A stretch of 64,000 bases of DNA from Alphaproteobacteria bacterium (GTDB taxonomy: Bacteria; Pseudomonadota; Alphaproteobacteria; JAAXGF01): contig CAUVXB020000001.1 of NCBI GenBank assembly GCA_963555825.3, positions 320,001-384,000 of the forward strand, in the 5' to 3' direction. Under the pieces are notes generated by a model that was not told the origin of the DNA, did not search any database, and saw only the letters and a program-made list of their open reading frames with translations. Within the stretch, counting starts at the first letter, position 1, and every line of letters begins with the position of its first letter. Shown here in pieces: positions 11,758 through 21,471 of this stretch. The translations under genes were made by a program, and so were the position numbers.

Positions 11758-12932
11758 TACCAGTGAGCCTATGAAATCACCTTCATGATCCATGGATAGG
11801 CGCAGAGGGTTCGCATACGATCCGGTTCTGCGATGAGGTCGATCCATGCTTGGCAACAGGCGTCGATGATGGCCTCGGTGTCGTCGAGGACGCGGAGCGA
11901 TAGGAAGCGTTCGCGTAGGTAGAGCCAAACCCGCTCGACGGGGTTGAGTTCGGGACTGTAAGGCGGCAACAGCGCCAAGGTGACGTTGTCGGGGACGGTG
12001 AGGGCGCGCTCGTCGTGCCAACCGGCGCCGTCGCACATCATGACGGCGTGCGCATCCTGGTCCAGGGTATCGGCGAAGTGTGCGAGAAACAGGTCCATGA
12101 CCTTGGCGTTGACGCTCGGCATCACCAGGGTGACGTCGTCGCCGGTGTCCGGGCGCACGGCGGAGAAGATGTAGGCCCACTGGTAGCCGATTTGACGCGT
12201 CCCGGGGGCACGCTCGCCCCTGCGCCACCACCGGTGACACACCCGGCCCTTGTTGCCGACGCGCGCTTCATCCTGAAACCACAGCTGTAGGCGCTTGTCG
12301 GGATGCGCCGCGGCGGTCGCCTTCAGGATGTCGCGAAGCCCCCTTTTTTGAAGCGCTCCTGCGCTTCGGCGTCCCTTCGCGGGTGGCTCGGGCGCGCCTT
12401 CTGGCGGGAAAATCCCATCCGCCGTAGAACCCGGGTCATGCTCGAGGGGTGGTAGGTCTTGGCGAAGCGCTCCTCCAGCCAGCGGCACAGATCGGCCCGG
12501 GTCCAGGCGCAAACCCCGTCGCGCTCAGGCTCCGGCCCGGCGATGATGACCGCCGCCAGCGCCGCTTCCTCGTCTGCCGTCAGCCGCCGCGGCGAGTAGC
12601 CCTTTGGACGGTCGTGAAGCCCCTCCAATCCCTTTGCATTGTAACGAACAACCGCGTCGCGAAGCGTTTGGCGATCCATCCCCGCAAGCCGCGCGGCATC
12701 AGCCCGGGGCATCTCCTCCAAAGCATTCGCGATCCCATAGGCCCGCGCCGCCGCTCGACCGTACGATTCCACGCGAGCCCAGCGCCGAAGCTCCAAAGGC
12801 GTCAAATCATCCCGTATCTTGAGTGCTGATCCCATGACATCCCCCACATCTGGTGGGAGACCATAGAATCACAATCCGCCATCATCCGCCATCAATGAAT
12901 ATCCCGAGAGTCAATTCAGGCGCTCACTGGTA
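11758..12932 (-). mobile_element. IS630-family element, copy 1 (orfA 12323-12835, orfB to 11769, -1 frameshift)
   Basis: TIR TACCAGTGAGC at both ends; flanks TAA/TAA; WFQDEAR...CDGAGWH...YSPELNPVE; A6G slippery site. Confidence 0.93.
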
Positions 12933-12935
12933 TAA

Positions 12936-13628
12936 GTGATTGATCTGTATACGTGGCCGACGCCGAACGGCCACAAGATCCATATCATGCTCGAGGAGAC
13001 CGGGCTCGACTACACCGTGATCCCGGTCGACATCGGCGCGGGCGATCAGTTCGCCCCCGATTTCCTCAAGATCAGCCCGAACAACAAGATGCCGGCGATG
13101 GTCGACCGCGACGGACCGGGTGGCGCGCCCTACGCGATGTTCGAATCGGGCGCCATGCTGATCTACCTCGCCGAGAAGTGCGGCCGGTTCATGCCGCAAG
13201 AGACGCGGGCGCGCTTCGATGTCATCAAATGGCTGATGTTCCAGATGGGCCACATCGGCCCGATGCTCGGCCAGGCGCACCACTTCCGCGCCTACGCGCC
13301 CGAACCCATTCCCTATGCCGTCGAGCGCTACACCAACGAGGCGGCGCGGCTTTACAAGGTGCTCGATGTGCGGCTCGGCGAATCGGCCCACCTGGCCGGC
13401 GACGACTATACGATCGCCGACATGGCGGTCTTCCCCTGGCTGCGCTCGCACGAGCGCCAGGGCCAGGACCTCGCCGACTTCCCCAACGTCGAGCGCTGGT
13501 TCGAGGCGATCAACGCGCGGCCCGCGGTCGAGCGCGGCCTGCAGGTACTCGCCGATCGCCGCCGCGCCGGCCCGATCAGCGAGCGCGAACGCGAGGTCAT
13601 GTTCGGCGCGACCCAGTACCGGCGCTAA
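12936..13628 (+). CDS. Glutathione S-transferase, YfcG-like (RBS displaced by IS630)
   Basis: MIDLYTWPTPNGHKIHIMLEE...SPNNKMPAM...FESGA...GPMLGQAHHFR. Confidence 0.92.
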   Translation: MIDLYTWPTPNGHKIHIMLEETGLDYTVIPVDIGAGDQFAPDFLKISPNNKMPAMVDRDGPGGAPYAMFESGAMLIYLAEKCGRFMPQETRARFDVIKWLMFQMGHIGPMLGQAHHFRAYAPEPIPYAVERYTNEAARLYKVLDVRLGESAHLAGDDYTIADMAVFPWLRSHERQGQDLADFPNVERWFEAINARPAVERGLQVLADRRRAGPISEREREVMFGATQYRR

Positions 13629-14458
13629 CCGTCAAATCCCCTGAAGATTTTATCGAGAGCGCCGTAACTTGTTGCGTCACTGGGGAAGGCACAGATGCCT
13701 TCATCGCGCAATGCGGCTGCAGCGCGTATGACCGCGTTCAGTGCGAGGCGCGAGAACGTTACGCCGACGCTGATCCGCTTGACGCCGGCCGCGGCCAGCT
13801 CGGCGACGCCGTAGGGTGTGTCGGGCGCGCCGATCATGACATTGACGGGCCGGTTTACCGACGAGCAGACCGTGCGGATGGCGTCGAGGTCGGGCAGGCC
13901 CGGCGCATAGACGACGTCGGCGCCGGCCGCCTCGAAGGCCTGCAGGCGGCGGATCGTATCGTCGAGGTCGCCCTGACCATGCAGGTGGTTCTCGGCGCGC
14001 GCGGTCAGCACGAAATCGCGCGACAGCCCGCGCGCCGCCCCGACCGCCGCGGCGACGCGTTCGACCGCCAACGCAAAATCGAAGATCGGCGCGTCGCGGC
14101 GGCCCGTGGAGTCCTCGACCGAACAGCCGGCGAGACCGGTGTCGGCGGCGAGCCGGATCGTCTCGGCAACGCCGGCCGGGTCGTCGGCGAAGCACTTCTC
14201 GAGATCGGCCGAGACCGGCAGGTCGGTCGCCTCGACGATATCGCGGCAATGGGCCAGCGCCTGGTCGCGCGTGATGGCGCCGTCGGGCAGGCCGAGCGAG
14301 AAGGCGAAGCCGGCGGAAGTCGTCGCCAGCGCCTCGAAGCCCATCGAGGCCAGGATGCGCGCCGTGCCGACGTCCCACGGGTTGGGGATGACGAAGGCGC
14401 CGTCGCGCTCGTGCAGCGCGCGGAAGTTGCGCGCCTTGGTGTCGGGGTCGGTTGTCAT
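13625..14458 (-). CDS. Isocitrate lyase/PEP phosphomutase family protein
   Basis: FRALH...PNPWDVGTAR...ALATTSAG...PVSADLE...SVEDS...LTARAE...GADVVYAPG. Confidence 0.9.
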   Translation of the reverse strand: MTTDPDTKARNFRALHERDGAFVIPNPWDVGTARILASMGFEALATTSAGFAFSLGLPDGAITRDQALAHCRDIVEATDLPVSADLEKCFADDPAGVAETIRLAADTGLAGCSVEDSTGRRDAPIFDFALAVERVAAAVGAARGLSRDFVLTARAENHLHGQGDLDDTIRRLQAFEAAGADVVYAPGLPDLDAIRTVCSSVNRPVNVMIGAPDTPYGVAELAAAGVKRISVGVTFSRLALNAVIRAAAALRDEGICAFPSDATSYGALDKIFRGFDG

Positions 14459-14609
14459 GGGGTGCCTCCGCTGGGTTGCCGGTTCGAATTCATGACTCGA
14501 ATATATGGCGGACTGTCGCTCGGCAACAGGTACCGCTTCGTGATGGCCGTGGCGTGCCGCGCTTCGCTCTGCTAGCCTTCGCGCCCGAATTTCACCGCAC
14601 GAGCCCGCC

Positions 14610-15758
14610 ATGACCGACATCCCCGACTTCAAGCCCGCGACGCTCGCCGCGCAGGCGCTCGGCTGGGACGAGCCGGCCTTTCAGGGTATCGTGCCGCCGA
14701 TCTATCCGTCGACGACTTTCGCCCGGCCGCCCGAGGACCAGGCGCGCCATGGCCGCATGTACACGCGCGACGCCAACCCGAGCTACGACCAGGCCGAGGC
14801 GCTGCTGGCGGCGCTCGAGGGCGGCTCCGCCGCGCTCCTCTACGCCTCGGGCATGGCGGCGGCGAGCGCGGTGTTCCAGGCGCTGGCGCCCGGCGACCAC
14901 GTCGTCGTACCGGACGTCACCTACCACGGCGTGCGCACCTGGCTGAAGAACCACGGCATGCACTGGGGGCTCAAAGTCGATTTCGTGCCCAACGGCGACC
15001 TCGACGCGCTGGCCGCCGCGATGCGGCCGGGCGAGACCAAGCTGGTCTGGCTCGAGACGCCGTGCAACCCGATGTGGGACGTCGCCGACATCGCCGCGAG
15101 CGCGCGCATTGCGCATGACGCGGGCGCCCGGCTGGCGGTCGATTCGACCGCCGCGACGCCGGTCCTGACGCGGCCCATCGAGCACGGCGCCGATATCGTC
15201 ATGCACGCCGCGACCAAGTATCTCAACGGCCACTCCGACGTGCTCGCCGGCGCGTTGGTTACGGCGCAAGCCGACGCCTTCTGGCAGCGCATCGCCGACC
15301 ACCGCCACGATGCGGGCGCCGTGCTAGGCACCTTCGAGGCCTGGCTCCTGCTGCGCGGCATGCGCACGCTGTATTTGCGCGTGCTGGCCTGCTCGGCGAG
15401 CGCGCTGACGATCGCCGAACACTTCGCCGACCATGCCAAGATCGAGGCGGTGCTCTACCCCGGCCTCGCCAGCCATCCGGGCCACGACGTCGCGGCGCGC
15501 CAGATGCAGGGCGGATTCGGCGGCATGCTGTCGCTGCGCGTGCGCGGCGGGTCCGAGGCGGCGCTCGCGGTCAGCGCGGCGTGCCAGGTGTTCAAGCGCG
15601 CGACTTCGCTGGGCGGCGTCGAGAGCCTGATCGAGCACCGCCACGGCATCGAGCCGCCCGACAGTCCGGTGCCGCCCGATCTGCTACGCGTCTCGGTCGG
15701 CATCGAGGACACGGCCGACTTGATCGCCGATCTGGAACGCGGCCTGGCCAGCGTATAG
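14610..15758 (+). CDS. Cys/Met metabolism PLP enzyme (cystathionine gamma-synthase/lyase family)
   Basis: YTRDANP, ASGMAA, WLETPCNP, HAATKYLNGHSD, ATSLGGVESLIEH, LRVSVGIE. Confidence 0.92.
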   Translation: MTDIPDFKPATLAAQALGWDEPAFQGIVPPIYPSTTFARPPEDQARHGRMYTRDANPSYDQAEALLAALEGGSAALLYASGMAAASAVFQALAPGDHVVVPDVTYHGVRTWLKNHGMHWGLKVDFVPNGDLDALAAAMRPGETKLVWLETPCNPMWDVADIAASARIAHDAGARLAVDSTAATPVLTRPIEHGADIVMHAATKYLNGHSDVLAGALVTAQADAFWQRIADHRHDAGAVLGTFEAWLLLRGMRTLYLRVLACSASALTIAEHFADHAKIEAVLYPGLASHPGHDVAARQMQGGFGGMLSLRVRGGSEAALAVSAACQVFKRATSLGGVESLIEHRHGIEPPDSPVPPDLLRVSVGIEDTADLIADLERGLASV

Positions 15759-15762
15759 AACC

Positions 15763-16362
15763 GTGGCTTCGCATCGCCGATCGGCGCGACTGTCGCGCGA
15801 GCAAGGCGATCATTGGACAATCCGGGTCGCGACCGACGCGGACGCCGCAATGATTGCCTATATCCACGAGGACGCGTGGCGCACTCTCTATTCTACGTTG
15901 TTGCCGCCCGCGGTTGTCGAAGCGCACGCGCCCCAACGGACGGCCGGTGTGTGGCTCGGTGAGGTCGGAAAATCGAACGTACTTCTCTTCGTTGCCGAGA
16001 ACCGCGACGCCGATATCGACGGTTTCATGCGCGTCGGTCCGACGAGGCTCGACGCCGACGCGTCGTTCGACCGTGAAATCACGCATTTCTATTTACGTCC
16101 CGAGGTGCGCCGACAAGGTCTGGGCCGTGCGATGATCGACCGTATCTTGCATCGGCTCGCGGCCGACGGCGTCGGCAGCGTCGTGGTGCGGGTTATGGAC
16201 GGCAATCCATTTGCGAAATTTTATGATTCTGTCGGGGCCGACCGCCGCGGCACGCGGTCCGTCGAACTTTACGGTCATCGTGTCGTCGAGATCGTCTACG
16301 CTTGGAGGAACATCGAGGAGTCGTGCACGGTGCACGATCGGACGGCAGGAGGATCCCCGTGA
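15763..16362 (+). CDS. GNAT family N-acetyltransferase
   Basis: IRVATDADA..., YLRPEVRRQGLGRAMI (motif A), NPFAKFY; start uncertain. Confidence 0.8.
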   Translation: MASHRRSARLSREQGDHWTIRVATDADAAMIAYIHEDAWRTLYSTLLPPAVVEAHAPQRTAGVWLGEVGKSNVLLFVAENRDADIDGFMRVGPTRLDADASFDREITHFYLRPEVRRQGLGRAMIDRILHRLAADGVGSVVVRVMDGNPFAKFYDSVGADRRGTRSVELYGHRVVEIVYAWRNIEESCTVHDRTAGGSP

Positions 16363-16985
16363 TCGATCTCTATACCTGGACGACGCCAAACGGGCGCAAG
16401 GTCTCGATCATGCTCGAGGAGCTCGGGCTCGAGTACCGCGTGCATCCGATCGACATCGGCGCCGGCGAGCAGCACGCGCCCGAATTCGTCGCGATCAGCC
16501 CGAACAACAAGATCCCGGCGATCGTCGATCACGCGGCGTCCGACGGCGGCGAGATCGCGCTGTTCGAATCGGGCGCCATCCTGATCTATCTCGCCGAGAA
16601 ATGCGGCCAGCTGCTGCCGACTGCGTTCCGGCCGCGCCTCGAGGTCATGCAGTGGCTGATGTTCCAGATGGGCAACGTCGGCCCGTTCTTCGGCCAGGCG
16701 CACCACTTCCGCCGTTTCGCCAAGGAGAAGATCCCCTACGCCATCGAGCGTTACACCAACGAGGCGCACCGGCTTTACGGCGTGATGGACCGGCGCCTCG
16801 CCGAGGCGCCCTATCTCGCCGGCGACGACTACACCATCGCCGACGTCGCGACCTTTCCCTGGGCGGCGCGCCACGAATGGCATGGCGTGGCCCTGGAAGA
16901 CTTCGAACACGTCAAGCGCTGGTACGACACGCTGTCGGCGCGGCCGGCCGTCGAGAAGGGCTACAACGTCCCGCCAATGACATGA
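16359..16985 (+). CDS. Glutathione S-transferase, YfcG-like
   Basis: GTG after AGGAGG; TTPNGRKVSIMLEE, SPNNKIPAI, FESGAIL. Confidence 0.92.
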   Translation: MIDLYTWTTPNGRKVSIMLEELGLEYRVHPIDIGAGEQHAPEFVAISPNNKIPAIVDHAASDGGEIALFESGAILIYLAEKCGQLLPTAFRPRLEVMQWLMFQMGNVGPFFGQAHHFRRFAKEKIPYAIERYTNEAHRLYGVMDRRLAEAPYLAGDDYTIADVATFPWAARHEWHGVALEDFEHVKRWYDTLSARPAVEKGYNVPPMT

Positions 16986-17470
16986 GCGCGTTGCTCGAAA
17001 GGCCTGCGGTTGTGCGCGTCCGCGCGGCATTGACCGCCGCCGGCTCGACCGCCGAGATCATCGCGCTCGCCGATACCGCGCGCTCGGCCCAGGACGCGGC
17101 CCGGAGCGTCGGCGTCGAATTGGGCGCCATCGTCAAGTCGCTGGTCTTCGCGGTCGACAGCCGCGCGGTCATGGCGCTGGTCGCCGGCGACCGGCGCTGC
17201 GACACCGCCGCGCTCGCCCGCGCGCTCGGCCTCGACGGCAAGGTCGGCCGCGCCGACGCCGACATGGTGCGCGAGGCCACCGGCTTCACCATCGGCGGCG
17301 TGCCGCCGATCGCGCATACGACGCCGCTCGCGACCGCGATCGACGCGAGCCTCGGCCGCTTCGCCATCGTCTACACCGCCGCCGGCCACCCGCATTGCGT
17401 CTTCGGCACGTCGCCCGACGAACTCGCCCGGCTGACCGGCGCGCCGGTGGTCGAGGATATCGGCGTCTAG
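16982..17470 (+). CDS. YbaK/EbsC aminoacyl-tRNA editing (deacylase) family protein
   Basis: ARSAQDAA...IVKSLVF...VREATGFTIGGVPP...AAGHPH. Confidence 0.88.
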   Translation: MSALLERPAVVRVRAALTAAGSTAEIIALADTARSAQDAARSVGVELGAIVKSLVFAVDSRAVMALVAGDRRCDTAALARALGLDGKVGRADADMVREATGFTIGGVPPIAHTTPLATAIDASLGRFAIVYTAAGHPHCVFGTSPDELARLTGAPVVEDIGV

Positions 17471-17493
17471 ACGCGTGGCCCAGGGCGGCGTTG

Positions 17494-17522
17494 TTGACAC
17501 GCCCTGGGGCGCTCTTTAGATA
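17494..17522 (+). promoter_or_regulatory. Sigma70-type promoter, likely the original tRNA-Ser promoter
   Basis: TTGACA-17 nt-TAGATA, ending about 35 nt upstream of the stranded tRNA 5' fragment. Confidence 0.65.
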
Positions 17523-17555
17523 ACGCGGAGCGCGCCGCGTCCGCGGCGTTCGCGC

Positions 17556-17571
17556 TGGTGGGGTGGCCGAG
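17556..17571 (+). repeat. att direct repeat = 5' end of tRNA-Ser (left end of island 1)
   Basis: TGGTGGGGTGGCCGAG identical to 45650-45665. Confidence 0.85.
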
Positions 17572-17618
17572 GTCATCGAGGCAGCCTTGCGAACGGGTGC
17601 CGAACGGTAACCGCGCCC

Positions 17619-17858
17619 ATTGGCACCGGTAATCATTTCATCGAGGTTTGCATAGACGAAAGCGACCGCGATTGGGCGATGCCGCACACGGGATCACGTG
17701 GCTGCGGCAATCGCATCGGAACCTACTTCACCCAGCGGGCCAAGAGCGAAATGGAGCACTGGTTCATCAAATTGCCCGACAAGGACTTGGCCTACTTGGT
17801 CGAAGGCTCCGAACAGTTCGGTGACTACGTTCAGGCGGTCGGCTGGGCGCAACGATAG
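17619..17858 (+). pseudogene. rtcB: RtcB RNA ligase internal fragment
   Basis: Manual translation IGTGNHFIEVCIDESDRDWAMPHTGSRGCGNRIGTYF...LPDKDLAYLVEGSEQFGDYVQAVGWAQR*; RtcB GNHFIE and HSGSRG motifs; not in the ORF track. Confidence 0.85.
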
Positions 17859-17997
17859 GCGGGCAACGCCGCGGGGTCTGCTTCCCGCCCGTTAGCAGAC
17901 CTTAGAGACATTGAATCGCGGGACAGGGTGTTCGACGCCGGCTTACCGTTCGAAATCGGACACCGCGCGGCGCTTCCGCCAACGTCTGCCGTTGACC

Positions 17998-19681
17998 CAG
18001 CCTGTGTAAAAACGTCGATGGTGTTATGATTCTCTCGTGCTTTGGCGGGAGGGTCTGATGAAGCGTTTTGTCGAGGGTGTCGATCGCAGCCAGGGCACGT
18101 TGTTTCCGGAGCGCCTGGAAGACTGGATCGGCGACGACAACCCGGTTCGGGCGATCGACGTCTTCGTCGATGAGCTCGATCTTGGCGGCCTCGGGTTCGA
18201 CCGGGTCGAGCCGCTGGCGACCGGCAGGCCGGCCTATCATCCTTGCGATTTGTTGAAGCTCTACATCTACGGCTATCTCAACCGGGTTCAGTCGAGCCGT
18301 CGGCTCGAGAGGGAGGCCGGGCGCAATGTGGAAGTGATGTGGCTGGTCGGCCGGCTGGCGCCGGATCACAAGACGATCGCCGACTTCCGCAAGGACAACG
18401 GCCGTGCGATCCGCAAGGTCTGCGCCCGGTTCGTCGCGCTGTGCCGGCAACTCGGGCTGTTCGCCGAGGCGAGCGTGGCGATCGATGGCTCGAAGTTCAA
18501 GGCGGTCAACAGCCGGGACAGGAACTTCACGCGGGCCAAGATGGCGCGGCGGGTGGCGCAGATCGAGGAGAGCGTTGCGCGCTATCTGGACCAGTTGGAC
18601 AGCGCCGACCGGCAAGAGCCGTCGCTGGCGCGCACGACCAAGACGACTCGTCTGGCCGACAAGATCGCGATCCTCAAGGAGGAGATGCGGCGCCTGAAGG
18701 CGCTTGAAGTCGAGCGGCGTGCGAGCCCGGACCAGCAGATCTCTCTGAGCGATCCCGATGCCCGCTCGATGGCGACGAGCGGCCGGGGTTCCGGCGTGGT
18801 CGGCTACAACGTTCAGGCCGCCGTCGACACCAAGCACCACCTGATCGTCGCCCACGAGGTGACCAATCAGGGCACCGACCGCGTCCAGCTCTCAGCCATG
18901 GCGAAGCGGACCAAGGCGGCTCTGGAGACCGACGAGTTGGATGTCGTTGCCGATCGCGGCTACTACAACGGCAAGGAGATTCTGGCCTGCGATGAGGCCG
19001 GCATCACCGTCACATTGCCTAAGCCGCTGACCTCTGGAGCCAAGGCCAAGGGCCGCTTCGGCAAACAGGACTTCGTCTATCTGGCCGCCGACGATGTCTA
19101 TCGCTGCCCGGCCGGCGAGCGTTTGGTCTACCGCTTCACCAGCCAGGAGAGGGGGCTGAGCATGCGGCGCTACTGGACCAACGCCTGTCAGGGATGCGCC
19201 ATCAAGCATCGCTGCACCACGGCCAAGCAGCGCCGCATCACCCGCTGGCAGCACGAGCATGTTCTCGAGGCCGTCGAGAGGCGGCTCGACGAGCACCCGG
19301 AGGCGATGCGTCGGCGGCGCGAGACGGCCGAGCATCCCTTCGGCACCATCAAGTCCTGGATGGGCGCGACGCATTTCCAGACGAAGACGCTGAAACGGGT
19401 GAGGACCGAGATGGCCCTGCACGTGCTGGCCTACAATCTCAAGCGCGTCATGAACATCACGGGCATCGACCCGCTGATCGCGGCGATGAGGACCGCATAG
19501 GCCTCTCTGCGCCGCAAATTGCGCCCATATCCGGCCAAATCGCAGCTCACACCGGCGCCAGCCGGCCGACAGGTCCGCACGAGTGGCGAAAATCCTTAAT
19601 CCCGGAATACCCGCCGCGACGGATCATCGAAGCCAAAGACGCGCCGTACAGATCACGCAGCAAACGTTCTTACACAGTCTG
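17998..19681 (+). mobile_element. IS1182-family element (transposase 18058-19500)
   Basis: TIR CAGCCTGTGTAAAAACG / CGTTCTTACACAGTCTG; 4-bp TSD GACC; GRPAYHP, SSRRLERE, PDHKTIADFR, ADRGY, AEHPFGTIK. Confidence 0.92.
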
Positions 19682-19808
19682 GACCCGAAGCAGACATAGC
19701 GGGGAGCCGGATCAGCCCTTCCCAGAAACCGTGCTAGGACTAACGTAGGAACTGGTACAAATAATGGGGTAGGGCCACCCCATTGATTAGATTTACGCGA
19801 CTTTTAAG

Positions 19809-21449
19809 CCGACATTCCCCAGATGATATCCAAATTCGCGGAAATCGTACCACGGCCCCAACTCCAAGGGAACTCTGTTCCCATTGCAGCCATCCGATGA
19901 CATGATTTTGGTAATCGGCCAGCGCGTGGAAGGCCATTTGGTCGTTTCTCTTGCCATCCAGACACACCTCTCGTGTCGCAATCTCCTTGCCGTCGATTCC
20001 CTCGGCCTACGCCGGAGCGGGTCTTCGTCGTAGATCATCAATCAGGCTCAAGATTTTCTGGAACAAGCTTCTGGGACTGCAACCTCGGCCAATTGAAATG
20101 TGACGTACCGGCCATGGCTGACAACTTTCGCACCGATCTTGACCAGCTTCTCCCTCAGCGTCGTCAGCGACCATTGCTCCACGGCATCGGGCAACGCCAG
20201 GGTACGCATGAAGTTGCCGAGGTTATAGGCGAGTGCATGCAGCTGGAGCCGGACGGCATTGTTGCGTAACGAACGGCATGACAGCCGCGTCCACTTGATG
20301 GCGTTCTTGCCTTCCTTGATCCATTGCTCGGCAGTGCCGCGCTGATTGTAGAACGCAACAACCCGCTCGGCAGGACGGCTCAGGTTGGTGACGATGAAGC
20401 CGACGCGGGGATACAGTTCCCCTGAGTGCCACTCCACCTTGGCGACGACCCGGCGGGGCTTCGTCCAGCTACCGGCCCGATAGCTGAAGTTCGCGTAATA
20501 CCGACGAACTTCCTTCGGCGGCCGACCGACGGGGCGCTTGAGCAGGTGCGCGATGCTGTCGTGCAGCACCTTGTTGGCCGGAAGCCGGATGGCGTACTTG
20601 AAGCCTTCCGCTTCCAGAAACTCATAAACCTCGGGCGAGGCGAAGGCGGCGTCACCACGGAAATAACGCCGGAGTGTCTTGTTCCGGTATCGAGCGACCA
20701 CCGGGTCCAACACATCGCGCCATTCATGGGCGCTGTGCACGTTGCCCGGACGCAGGGCGCAACGCTCCAGATCGCCGAACTGGTTGAACACGAACAGCGG
20801 GTGATAGCACGTGCAGCCGAAGTGACCGTTGTAGGCCGTGCCCTCCTGGTCACCGTAGGTCGGGCTGACGGAGCTGTCCATGTCGAGCACGATAATCTTC
20901 GGCGGCTTGCGCTCGTTAACCTGGTCGATCCAGATGCCCAAAAGGTCAGCGAGCGCGGCGAGGTTGTCATTGGTGGCGAGTAACTCCGTCTCGAACCGGC
21001 CCATCTGGCTGGTCGATGCGCCGCCGCGCTCGACAGCCCTGCCGCCGACGATCCACCGCATCGCAGGATCGCGCCCCAGCCGGTCGGCGTCGTTCACGTC
21101 CTCGTACCCGGCGAGACGACCATAGACGGATTGGCGAAGGAGACCGATGATGCCGTGCCAACCGTTCTTGCCGGTCCGGCTGTCAGCAATAACGTCACCG
21201 GCCAGCGTGGTCAGGCCGAGGGCTTCGTCCAGTTCACGATAGGCGAGCAGACCAGCGTCTGACGTGATCCGCGAACCGTGGAACTCGAACTTCAGTCTTC
21301 GGTCGAAAAACGCCCGCAGAAGCCCCCGATCCGACTCACCCTCCAGGTTCCGCATTCGACCCACCCTCCGTCTGATCTAATCCACTGATTCTTATACAGG
21401 AATCAGACGGAAACCGCATCAGATGGATCGGTCACTTGGGGAATGCGGG
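19809..21449 (-). mobile_element. IS1380-family element A (transposase about 20007-21355, frameshift near the C-terminus)
   Basis: TIR CCGACATTCCCCAG / CTTGGGGAATGCGGG; TSD TTAAG; ITSDAGLL, LDMDSS, RGDAAF, YNQRGTAEQWIKE. Confidence 0.9.
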
Positions 21450-21471
21450 TTAAGACTAAGTGGGCGATCTC

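Noticed and set aside
17557-17620. Second tRNA gene
   Set aside because: Only 15 nt match; no cloverleaf follows; treated as att site
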